DNA of 64,000 bases from Psilocybe cubensis (taxonomy: Eukaryota): positions 930,001 through 994,000 of the forward strand of contig CM038999.1 of the NCBI GenBank assembly GCA_017499595.2, read 5' to 3'. The notes under the pieces are model-generated. The model was not told the origin of the DNA and made no database searches. It worked only from the letters and a program-made list of their open reading frames with translations. Of the stretch, positions 48,611 through 62,133 are shown one piece after another (within the stretch, counting starts at the first letter, position 1; each line of letters begins with the position of its first letter). A program made the position numbers and the translations under genes.

Positions 48611-49372
48611 AATCTAAGTAAAGAGTATATTTGAATACCTTCGATCCAACGCATGTCTTCCAGCTTCATTTCCACGCCCACACCCACGATTAATTGACAC
48701 CTATCTGCTTATATATCAACTGTTATTTTCAAAAGGTATCCATGACTAGATATGTGTATAACGCATGTATTTCCTCCTTATATTAGCACCTCCTACTCCT
48801 AGTCGTGATATGAACATACACGATTTATTCTTGGAAGACTCTACAAAAATTTTTGTCAAAGCTTGAAACCTATCACAGGGCGACGGCAAGCAGTGCCGGT
48901 AAAGGTACGGCATGTGTGACTCCGTTATTCAGGCAAAGAACAGGTTGTTGTGCTTGAGTATAACTCCAATTATCGATGTGACATTCTAAGCCGTTGATTT
49001 TCTACACATTGATGAGTATCAAAGACACATGGGGAACTATATAGGCAAACAAACTAAATGCGTAAGGGATGAGATGTCAATACAACAAACCAATCCAGAT
49101 GACAACAGAAACGAAGATGCTACAACACGATTAATACCTATAATTATTAAAGATAATCATAACAATCGCGAGTGTGTGTGTGTGTTAAGGGATGTGATGC
49201 GTAATGGGAACCAGAGGATAAGCGACAGCGGGGTGACCATGATAAATGTGTATCCAACAACAACCATAGTTGAGGATGGTAGGTGTGGATGAATTTGATA
49301 TAAGATATTTTTGGTGGGTGAAGTGGATAATGACAGTGATGAAACCATCAAAAGCCGGCGAGGGTGATACAA

Positions 49373-50965
<1,593 letters not shown>

Positions 50966-51247
50966 AACTGAGAAGATTTAGTGATACAGATCGATGAGAA
51001 AAGCAAAGAACAGGTTCAACGATCGTCTCCGTCAAAAAAAAATAAAAAGAACGCGTTCGATCCCCACGTGCCGAGCATTCACGTGCTTTTGCCGGGGTTG
51101 CCTCATTTGGAAGGTGCAGTGCATTGGCGCACTGCCTCCGAGCCATTGGCGCAGCTCTTTTCAGCCAACGGCAGTTCGCTGTTCCTCTCCGCAGCCATCT
51201 TATACCGGCACCTTTTCTGTCCATTTTGTTACAAATACCCCGCAGCC

Positions 51248-51902
51248 ATGATTGTCAACTCTAACAACAACCACGACATGGTAAGTCTATCTTGCTCAGC
51301 AATTGGCTTTTCGTCAGGCTTACCAGCGTCTAATCCTGATAGAAGAACCCTGATAAAGCCCAAACACCTACGGAGAACCCTCCTTCTTACGATATTGCAA
51401 CAGAGAGCGGGAGCGGGAGTTCATGTACGTTGTATCACCTGCCAAACTATGGATTAAATGCTGAAGCTTACTTGCAGACGACGGAGAGAATGCCCCTCTT
51501 CTAAATCCCCCAGATGCAAAGACAACCATGAACCAACCTCTTCTGCAGCCAAACATGTATCCTGGCCCATCATATACCACCCAACCTCAGAATATACCCC
51601 AGCCTACGGTTTACAACTATGTCAATCCCATGACAGGCGAGCAGGTAGTGTCGCTGCTGCCGCCAGGGCATCCAGAGATGATCTGTCTGCAGGCCGGAGG
51701 CCACGTCCCAGAGACGCATTATGGACTGTTAGGTGAGTCTTCGGTCGTTTTTAAAGAATCATGACAGGCGATTTATTCATCTGAATCAGGCATTCTGGCC
51801 GCCGTTTTCTGGTTCCCTCTCGGAATCGGCCTTTGTCTCCTTGATAGGAGAATACGGTGCAAACGCTGCGGCGTCATAATTGACGACGGTATTTGTGGCT
51901 AG
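51248..51902 (+). CDS. BRI3-like (DUF2367) small membrane protein; 4 exons
   Basis: PPSY motif and Pro-rich N-terminus, then ICLQAGGHVPETHYGLLG|ILAAVFWFPLGIGLCLLDRRIRCKRCG. Confidence 0.75.
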
Positions 51903-52836
51903 TCTTGCCGCATATATTGCCCTCGTCTGCATTTTTGTCTCGGCTTCTCTCTTGATATCTGGATTTATGCTTTCATCTTGTAACATTGGGTTTTCCTTGT
52001 AAATTACTTGTATTTTCCGCTATAACAGAGACTATTACATTGGACATTTTTTCTTTTTTGGCTGATCGTTAGAAACACTGGTATCTCAGAGTTACTAGTT
52101 CCCAAAGTATTTTAGTGTTTCAGTTTTAGCATGCAGGCGGTCGATTACTCAAGACAAATGATAAAATGTATGTAAGTTATATTTGTGATATTTTTTATAT
52201 GTACCTGTCAGTCTGCCCTTCTATGCCTCCGGGAGATACTGAGATTTATGGAGATTTTGGAATGAGCTCATGGTCATGTTTTTGATTTTCTGCTACATTT
52301 GATAACGCGGTTTTGGTAGGCGCTTGATGCTCTGATAATAGCCGCAGGGCTCACGATCACTACACATTATCGTGAGGCTTTTTTGGGACGTCTGCGGGGC
52401 GTTTTAATCATCGCGTTTGCGTCGCGTGGAACAATTATCAATTTTCAGATCTAAGAATTTTCACTTTTGCCCTTTTCACAGGATGCTGGTACCTAGGTCT
52501 GTACGCCGACTCGTACATACAGAGTCCAGCGCCCAGGGTCGGCTCGTTTGACGCATCGCCATCACGTGTAACGATGGAAGGGCGCGGCGGGAGGTTCAAA
52601 GCGGACCCTCACCCCGACCTTGTTCTAAACCGCCCCCAATCACTCTAGTTCATTGTGTGTCGCCATCCCCTAGTTCTCTCATTCAACTCATGTTTGACTC
52701 TGTGTCCAAATACTAACCCCAGTTGTGCGCCTTGAGCTACTTGTCCGATACTAAATATTAGGTGGCGCGCTTTGCCTTTCAACATTCTCCTAGCACTTAC
52801 ACTCCATCGCAGCCGTCGAACCCTCGTGGTAGGAGA

Positions 52837-54534
52837 ATGACCGGGCCTCGGATAACTGGGGGTATACAGGAACTCCAAACCGAATCCCTCATCGCGTCAT
52901 TTCCCGCAGAGGTGCTAACGAGCATCTTTATTGAGGTGAAAGCTACAGACGAGATCGAACACTGGGACGGCAAGCAGCTCGAATGGATCAAAATAACGCA
53001 CGTTTGCAGGTACTGGAGGGCGGTCGGGATAAGGGCACGGTGCTTGTGGACCAATATCCCGATGTACTCTAAAGGTTGGGCACTGGAGATGCTAAAGAGG
53101 TCCAAGGACATGTCAATCGTCGCCACTGTTGATTTTACGGGTTCATCGTCTGTCAGGAATTATCCATCCTATAAGGCGTTGGGTGGTCTCCTTGAAAATT
53201 TCTCGCGCATACAAGAGCTGAACTTAATCAAGGCCTATCATATGGAAGCTACCCCTTTTCTCGACCTCACCCTCCCGGCAGGGCAAGTACCTCGCCTGCA
53301 TACTCTGAGATTTGGAGGGCAGATGTATTTTGATGACTATTCAGACATACTGTGTTTCCGGGATAGCACCTTTTTCCAATACCTCGATCTATCCTCGCTT
53401 CGACGACTGTCACTCACGGACTGCCATCTGAACTGGACAGAGTCCTCTCAGCTGTTACGGAACCTCACCCACATCCGCGTCATCAGCGACCACCAGAACA
53501 ACCTTCTCGACAAGGGCGTTGAACCATTCTTCGATGTTCTGCGAAACGTGCCTCATCTGGAATCGCTGGATTTCGAATACTTCGTCGGTCCATCCGAACT
53601 GCCCGAGATCCATCCACTACCCGCGCACTTCCAAAGGGTCGCCCTTCCCAACCTCAAAATCCTGCGCTTGGGCGTACAAATGTGTCAACTGGAGCTCATT
53701 CTTCAAGGACTTGACATTCCATCAGATGCATTCATTAAATTGTACTGCTACGAGCTATCTACTTCTTTTGACCGTTTCTCCCCTGTCCTTTCCGCATATG
53801 CATCGCACCTTGCGCGAACAGGAAAGCATATCCGCACTTTCGAGCTATCCAATTACACTCCAGCTGAATTCAAGATTGCAATCTGGCCAACCGTTCTCCT
53901 GCTGGAAACTCTGCATGCGATAGACACACCGCCTATCATGGAGACCATATTTTGCTGGGACCATGAAGATGCCTACCATCCACCAGAGATGATATACTCT
54001 CATGTGCTTAACGTTTTAAAGTTGGAGCATCTGGAATCGTTGAAGCTCCATGATTATAATGTTGTCAAAGCAAATACCTGGAAAACGACCTTTGGCACCC
54101 TTCCCAAACTGGCATCTATTGATCTCTGTACGACGAACTCTCGTGGTCTATGGACAGTTCTCGAATCTCATGTCGACAACAACGATACAGAATCCAAGGG
54201 GGACAACAAATCGCTTCCCTTCTCTTCCCTTCGTGATGTTGCTATATCCTTCAAGAACATTACATGCCCGACCGGCATGCGCGTTTACCAAGGCGTCATA
54301 TATCATGCAGTCAAGCTGAGGTCGACGATTGGCGCAGGTCTGAAACGCCTCATCATCTTTGATGCGCCCGTTCTGTCTGGGGAAGTTATAAATCAAATTC
54401 GAGAAATTGTACCAGTGATAGAGAAAAGTCGTACATCAGATAAAGACAGTTACTCTATACTCAAAGTGAATGCGGGACGCTGTGGCTTGAATGATCTTGA
54501 TGATACTGATGATCTGATGGGCGTTTGGCGTTGA
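52837..54534 (+). CDS. Intronless F-box protein with LRR-like C-terminal region (expanded agaricomycete family)
   Basis: IASFPAEVLTSIF..WIKITHVCRYWRAVGIRARCLWTNI..WALEMLKRSK; VPRLHTL, LRRLSL and LPNLKILRL. First in-frame ATG at 52837. Confidence 0.85.
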   Translation: MTGPRITGGIQELQTESLIASFPAEVLTSIFIEVKATDEIEHWDGKQLEWIKITHVCRYWRAVGIRARCLWTNIPMYSKGWALEMLKRSKDMSIVATVDFTGSSSVRNYPSYKALGGLLENFSRIQELNLIKAYHMEATPFLDLTLPAGQVPRLHTLRFGGQMYFDDYSDILCFRDSTFFQYLDLSSLRRLSLTDCHLNWTESSQLLRNLTHIRVISDHQNNLLDKGVEPFFDVLRNVPHLESLDFEYFVGPSELPEIHPLPAHFQRVALPNLKILRLGVQMCQLELILQGLDIPSDAFIKLYCYELSTSFDRFSPVLSAYASHLARTGKHIRTFELSNYTPAEFKIAIWPTVLLLETLHAIDTPPIMETIFCWDHEDAYHPPEMIYSHVLNVLKLEHLESLKLHDYNVVKANTWKTTFGTLPKLASIDLCTTNSRGLWTVLESHVDNNDTESKGDNKSLPFSSLRDVAISFKNITCPTGMRVYQGVIYHAVKLRSTIGAGLKRLIIFDAPVLSGEVINQIREIVPVIEKSRTSDKDSYSILKVNAGRCGLNDLDDTDDLMGVWR

Positions 54535-55661
54535 TGGGTTGGGATTTTCTTTTCTTTTCTTTGCTCGTTACTTGCTTGTTACTATAGGCGGGAGCCTTTT
54601 AGTGCTTTTAGTAAATAAGAATATTTTAATCCATGCTTTGCCACAAATTTTTGTTTTCATTTGTACCGTATCATTCAATCTAATGAAGCTACTGTAGATG
54701 ACAACGTTGAGGTCCTTTCAGGTTCCATACGCGACGCGTCCGCGTATAGGGGCTAAAGAGCAAATACATCACGTGATTGGACGCAATCCCTTGCCGAACT
54801 TTTCCGGTTGGTCTGCGTTTCAATGCAAGGTCGCTTTCATCGTTACCATTCATCGTCGAGGTTCACCTTTACCTTCGGACTTCAGCAGTACTCAGATATT
54901 AAATATAGAATAGGAATAAGTAAGGTGAGTTTACTGTTTACTATCTTATACATGTCCCAATGTCAATGAACATCCCCAGAAACTGCTCAATATAGCCAAC
55001 GTTTTAAAAAGCACTGGACGAATTCCAAATCTGATTGTACACAGGCTCTATTACATTGGCGACCGAAAGCGCGCGCGATTAATTCTAACCTGTACTAGCT
55101 GATTATACAATTCATTTTCATATTTAGGCAAACGAAGGAACAGAAACATGTCAGATATATTCTTTCTTCCCTTCCCCTCTCTCCCCCTCCTTCTTACACA
55201 ACGTCTCGACCCCTTTCATGTCGAACCGTGATCAAGCAAAAGAAAGCTTCGAGGAGCCAGACCAAGAGCGCAATGATCATCGAGTGGATCTATGATGAAC
55301 TGGAGAAACTGAAAGGCATAATTGCAAAGGAGAGCGTCGCAGCCGATAAAAAGAAGACATGAAACCGTGCATGGAAAGGAGCGTAGATTGATTATTTTCT
55401 TTGATTCTTGCGATTATAATAAAGGAGCGATGGTATGTGATGTATTTTTCGCCGATTCTGCCGGGCTTTATTCTTCCAAACAGACCATACGGGGTCAGCA
55501 AACGATGGCCACCAGCTTTTACGGACACGCCAACTCACCCAAAAAGATAACATATAATATCAATAAAAACCCCTCTCCGCTCCTTCACCCATGAATATAA
55601 CCGTAACATTGCAAACCGTACCCAGAAAAGCAAACGGAAAGGAAAAGCAACCCCTGTCTCA

Positions 55662-58600
55662 CTACACCCGACTCTCCCAATCGCCCGAATCCAGCCGGTT
55701 CAACAACCTCTGCGACAGAAGTGCCTCTTCAAGACCGAAATCCGCATCCTCCGGCGAGCCAACCTTCACCGGACCCATCGCACTCGACATGCTAGGCAAG
55801 GTCACCTTGCGCGACCTCTTCTCCTTTTTGTGCTTCCTATGATGCCCAGAAGAAGGTTTGCCCACTACACGCACAACCGGCCGTCCATTCACGAAACTGT
55901 GCCTCTTGTGAGCCGTCCCAGACACCGTCGAGCTCCCATTCCCAGCGGCTGACGTTGATGCAGGCATGGGTAATCGCCCCCACGTGCTCATCTTCCTCTT
56001 CAGCGCGTCAGCCTCCTCCAGTACGTTCCGATCTACATCTCCATCACCGCGCGGAACCTTCCCAGAATGCTTCCTACCCTGCAAGGACGAGGGTATGGCG
56101 ACGGTAGCTATATTCGAAGCCGGTGGCGGTGACGCGAACGGATCACGGAGGTCCATAAAATCTCCATCTATATCCTCCAACACCATTTCTCCGAACCCAT
56201 GTCCTCCTCCATTTCTCAACGACGCCCCAGTCGAGCTAGTCACGCTCATGCGCGACGTGGCATTGCTCATCCTCGCACCAACAATGGCGAAAGTGCTCCG
56301 CACTGTTTCCATGGCCGATAGACGCAGAGTGGATCCACCTCGAGGAGTACTCGGTCGCGGAACTGGGTGATTAGTTTGCGCGTTTCCGCCTCCATTTACT
56401 GCGGGTCTCGAATCAGGCGGCGATCCAGCGAAAGTGTTAGGGAAGATCATCGGAAATCGGTACAGGAATCCACCACTCGAACCAGTATTCCCGGCTCCTG
56501 ATGATTGGGGTCCCCAGTCCGATTTGGACACTGGAGGTGACGATAGCGCAAGGCGTTTCTGGAAATGGCCGCCGCCAAACAACTTCATCTTGGCCTTTTC
56601 CTTCTCCTTGTCCATAGGTTGTGTCTGAGCCGGAGGAGCTGGAGCAGCATTCTGTGCCTGCGCATGAGCAAGTGCGAACATGCTGGTCACACTCGGCGTC
56701 ATACTCGAGCTCAATCCTGGCGATGGAGTGGGTGCACAAATTGACATCGACTCCCCAGCTTGGGCAGCCGCCATCTCCGCAAACTCTCTCAGCTGAGTCG
56801 TAGGCGAATCCATCGCATTCGCACCATTCCCTCTCCGTCCCCTAATCTCTTCCATCTCACGCTCGAGCTGTACAACGTCGTCGTCAACGCTCGCTCCACT
56901 GCGGCCGTCTGAGGCGGACGTCATGTATGATTTACTGCTCGACACATTTGGCATTGGCTGCTCAATCGCATCGGCGAATGGATGGGGCATCCACGTGCTG
57001 GCACTGGTATGCGGCTGTTGCCTGCTAGGAGATTGGGCGTCAGGAGAGGATCCATTCCCCTGTCTGCGCGATGCCGGAGCTGAGAGCGGGAAAGGAATAG
57101 CTGAAGGTGTAGGGATAGGAATGGTGATAGGAGAAGTGACAATAGCTGGAAGTACTGGGCGAGCCGCGCCTGCACCTTGTTGCATGCTGCTCAAAGTGGG
57201 GTACGCAATATCAATGGGCGAAGACCTGGGTTTAGCCTGGTAGGCAGATGGTGGGGGTGAAGGAGTACTGAGGCCAGCAGACGATGGTGCAGTGACGATG
57301 GTTGCAGCCGGCGTCGCCCTCGCAATTGACGCTGAGACCAGTCGTGCAGCTGCGATGGATCTGATCTCTCCATCAACATCAACATCCGCATCTTCATCCG
57401 TTGGTATAGTCTCATCTGATTGACGTTCCCTCCTCTCCGCGTCCCCCCTCTCCCTATCTGCTTTCCTCCTGTGCTCTTCCCACTCCTCCCCCCCACCCAC
57501 CCCCGCTGATGCAAGCGTCAACCCAGGACCCAACGTCCTTCCTACGCTCAACTTGAAGCTTCTCTTCAACTGCAACCCTCTGCGTATACTCGACCCGCTC
57601 CCTAAGCTCGCCCTGTTGGCGTGTCTCGAGCTCCTGTGATCTCCGTATCCGCTATCGCAAGTGCTAGGTCCCGAAGGAGAGGCGGGAATCTTGAAATTAG
57701 AGTTGGAGCTCATACCATTCGGCAACGCTGAAGACCTTGAGTTCGATGTCTTTGCTACAGGAAGATCAGGCAAGATTCCAGCCCGTGCTGAAGGGTTGAC
57801 ATCGTCGGTATGATCAGGCCTCGTCACCGACTGCGACCTCTTCTTCTTCAACTTCTTCATCCCTGCAGCTATCACTCCGTTCTCCTTCTCCATCTTCACC
57901 ATCGTAGGTGCGACCACAGAAGGAGCCTGAGGCGTTCCAATGCCAAACACCTCTTCCCATTTTTCCTGCTTCCTCTTCACACCACCACCGATGACCGAGC
58001 GCGCATAAATCGACCCAGCTGGCGTAGAATGTCTCTTTAGCTTCCTAGTCGTTACACCCACCGCCACCGCCACCGCCGTGCTCGCATTCGCCCCTATTCC
58101 CGTCCCTTGCAAGTCCATAAAACTTGACTCTTGCCCTCTCTCAACCCCCTTTTCCCCCACATCGTCCCCCTTCTTCACAACACCCGCACTCTGACGTCTT
58201 CCTCTTCTGCCCACAGCAGCACCAAGAGAATTCGCTGACCCTTGTGCATGATGTTCCCACCCGAATTCGAATCCAAAAAGCCTCTTCGTTGCTGAGGGCG
58301 GAATAGGCATCGACCCACGCTTGCGGATATACATCCCCGGGTCCTCCGCCGCCGCCTTCTTAGCCTTCGACGACTTGGACTTTGGCTTCGATTTCGTACT
58401 CGATTTCGGCTTGTTCGATGCCGCTTTGGTGCCGCTAGTTCCGCCAGTTGCAGCGACGTGACGCTTCGTCATACTGTGCGTTCGCGCATGTCCTCTTCGT
58501 CGTCCGGTGCTCAGTCCCGACATGGACGTTGCCATCGAACTCGACCGCGACAGCGCTTTCTGCATTTCATCTTCCAAAGCCAGGTCCCCTTCCAAATCCT

Positions 58601-61600
58601 CCATATACATCCCCACTCTGATTCCTCCATCTTCGTGGCCTGCCATATCATCTTCCTCCATAACATCCTCAAAATCTTCATCTTCCTCATCTTCATGGGC
58701 CTCTCCTTCCGTTTCGGTTGTTTCGAGCATGGAAAGCCCACCGGACATCACAGGTGGCTCATATGTCAGCGTGATAGGTTGGCTAATCCTCCTAGCATTG
58801 TAAGCCGCAGCAGAATTTTGCACATCGTTGAACGTCGTTTCATCGTAACCCGGGTGTTGCTGATGCTGATATGTGTACGAATTCGGATTGGAATACGAAT
58901 AAGCATCCAAGCCATCCAATGCATCTCCCAATCCGATCCTATCTCCCTCGCTGGAGTACCTGACGCTCGGATCACCAAACCTAGATGTCGTCGTCGTTCC
59001 CGACACAGAAATCGACACAGAACGAGGGACGTCCGTTCTACTCCGCTCACGGATGGGCATGGACGTTCCAGGTCCAGGTTCAGCTGCAAACGCATCCACT
59101 CTCTTCCTTCTCGTCCGGGGCGGAGGTGGTGGTGCCAGCTGAATCAACACTGGGCGCGGATTCGTCTCCGCAATCTGTATCACAGAAGCAGATGAGGTCG
59201 TGGTGATGCCAACTCCATTCGTCGTCGTCGTGCTACTGTGGTTGTAGTTGTAATGGTGGCTGGTGTGTTGGGTACTGTAGGTTACGAGCGGAGTAGACGC
59301 AGAGGTCGGGTCCGATTTGGATTTTGACTTGGATTTTGCAGCGGATCGGGAACGAGATGGTGAAATGTGGGTGTTATACGCATGCACTGTTGGGAATATG
59401 ACCGAATTTTTCAGCATGCTATATGAATTAGACGAGCGAAGATGAAGGAGGAAAAGGCAGAATAAGGTATCGCAAGTTACAGGTCAAAACGACGAAGGGG
59501 CTCAAGAACGACGGGGGCCAGAACTGAAAAGAAAAAAATCCTCCCCCTTCTCAATAACTTTAAAACCTCATTGATGCTCCATTAAAATGCCACCATTTAA
59601 ATTCGGACAAGAAGAAGGTGCAGACCAGCACGTATTGCCCTATAAACATGGCCCAACTTCCTTTTCCGACACACTGATTTCCCAATTCCCATGACTAGAT
59701 GGCACCTCTTTTTGCCACTTCGCCTCCAAGGCACCAGTGAGGAGTTGCCACACTCCCAAAATCAGATACTAAGCCAACACCAAATGGTACCGGCCATAGT
59801 AGCTTCGAAAGGGCACATGAAAAAAACGAACACCCCATTCCCATAGTTCATTTCCCCACGCTCCAGAATAAATGTGGATCACGGCAGACCCCTTATGCCA
59901 ATGCCGGCGAAATTCCGTCCATCCTCGAGCGGCAAAATGTGACTTGGGGGAAGGGGATAGAACAAGCAAAGCCTCCGAAACGGTGGCAATAACACAAATG
60001 TGACTTCAACGCAAAATCTCCGAGAAAGCAAAACGACGACGATGAAGATAGCAAAGAAAAATCGAAACAAAAAATGAAATAATCAAAGAAGACAGGATGA
60101 CGTACAAAGATAGGCGGCCATCGTTCCTATCACAGCAAAAGCAATACACAGGGTTTGAATGATTCTCAGTGGCGAATGCGATGCCCCACTAGACGCAAGC
60201 GACAGTTCAAATAAAAAGCTCGTGTATTAGCTCATCATATCGCGCACATACGACTTCTACTTTATCAAAAGAGGCTCACCTCGGTGAAATATTTTCTCCA
60301 AGTCCACAGGCGTATCCAACAATCAAAACCACCTGTACGGCAGCCAAAGTGACAAGCAAATTTCTGGTTGTATGACTGTACGCCAACCGCGACGAGCTAG
60401 ATATGCGCGAAGACACGTTCCTATCACAGCTTTCGCCCCAGTCTTCAAGGTGCAAATCTGGTTGATCGCCAACAGAGACTATTGATGATACACCCAAGGG
60501 TATACCTGGCGACCCTTCTGTACTGTCAGTCGATGTAGAGACGTTGTTGTCGATTATTGGCAGTGGTAACGAATAGACTCGCTTATGGCTATTACTGATC
60601 CTGGCGGGCGCAAGAAGTGGGATTGAGGCGGTGTCTAGTGATGTGCCAGATGTTGCAGTGTGTGCCGCACGCGGAGGAGCAATAAAAGGATAGGAAGATA
60701 GCGGTGGCGTCGAGCAACGAAGCCCAGGAGTTACAGTCGTGCTAGTTGGAGTATTCGCTACAAAATCCCTGCCTTGCTGTTGGTCAAAGGCAGTCACAGT
60801 CGAAGTTGTACTGGTCGAATCGATACTGCTCGACGTCGACGTCGATGACGACTTCTTTTGGCGATACCGGTGACGATGTTTATTGATGGCTATTAAATTT
60901 GAATCTGAACCCAAGCAGCCCGCGCTCCTCTTGACCTTGTCTTGATATAGCACGCTGCGGTTGGCAGTGTCAATAAGACGGCTCCGAGTGTCTTTGTGCT
61001 TCCGCTTTGGCAGCGCGAGCTCGATGGCACCTCCCGGTTGTTGCTCGGTCTCGGCTATTGGGCACTGAAATGATATAGCGGACGATGGGGAAGTGGGTGA
61101 AGAAGAAGAAGTGGACTCGCTAAACGGTACCGACGTGCGCTGCGTCGAGATGTGTATAGTGATCGGCCTTCTGCTCGTCGATCTCGCGAGTCCCCTTCGA
61201 ATTCTTGATGACGACGATGAAGCTGAGTGGAGAAAAGAAGAAAAACACGAAGATGAAAAGAATGAAGGTGAAGCAGGGTACAAAAGCCGGAAAAGAACAC
61301 AGGCGATACGGCGGAGGGCAAGGAGTGTATAGAGGAGGTATAGCGCGTGGGGGAGGAGGTACAGCGGGTGTCCCTGTTCAATGGGGGCGGCAGCGGAAGA
61401 AGAGGGCAGCAACTGTTGCAGGAGGGCGGTCAAGGTGGCTATATGCGCATTTTTTTAGGTCGGTTTCCATTTATTGATAAATGGTTTAATTAAGCGCCGT
61501 TTGGATGTCAGGACAGGAATAGACAGAAAGATGATGATGGAGAAAGGACTGACCGCCTGTTAGAGTTATTACGAGAATGCTGCTGTACAGCGTTTCGAAT

Positions 61601-62133
61601 ATTCTTCTGGTGCTCAACTTTGAGGGTACACTGTTGCTGTCGTCACCGTTGTCGCTGTGGCTGTCGTAGTATGTTGGGAGATGAAGGGCTGGAAGCCCCA
61701 CTGATTACAGTAATAGCGTAAGTGATTGCGTTTCTTCGAGAAAAACGCGCATATACTTACATGAAAATGAAAGTAAACCTTGTACGACGGCTTCGACCTT
61801 GGATGCAGTGCTAGTGCCCGCCTGGATAAAAGGCAGCGCGCCCGCGAGCGTGCTGAGGAGCGCTAGTAGCGCAAAATACGCGTATGCGATATGTGCTTGA
61901 CGCCGCGTAGTGGGACTGTTCCCACTTCTATGACCACTGGGAATACGATTCGGGCGAGGGCGACGTGACACGGCGAGCACAGCGAAGACCAGTGATAAGA
62001 GGGGACCAAGGAAAAAAATGACATTGAACAAGGGGCTTGCACTCGTGACGGTGGCGGGCGTTGCTGCTATCAATCTCGCCGCCGTCGTCGTTATCGTTGT
62101 CGCTGTCGAGGCCAACGACGTGGGGGAGGCCAT
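55662..62133 (-). CDS. Very large (~1,800 aa) putative 7-TM membrane protein with long disordered loop and C-tail; 5 predicted exons
   Basis: ORFs 61705-62205, 61486-61701, 60276-61433, a small exon at ~60106-60188 and 55662-59386 join in frame through canonical GT-AG introns. The 3.7-kb final ORF is itself strong evidence of coding. Confidence 0.6.
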
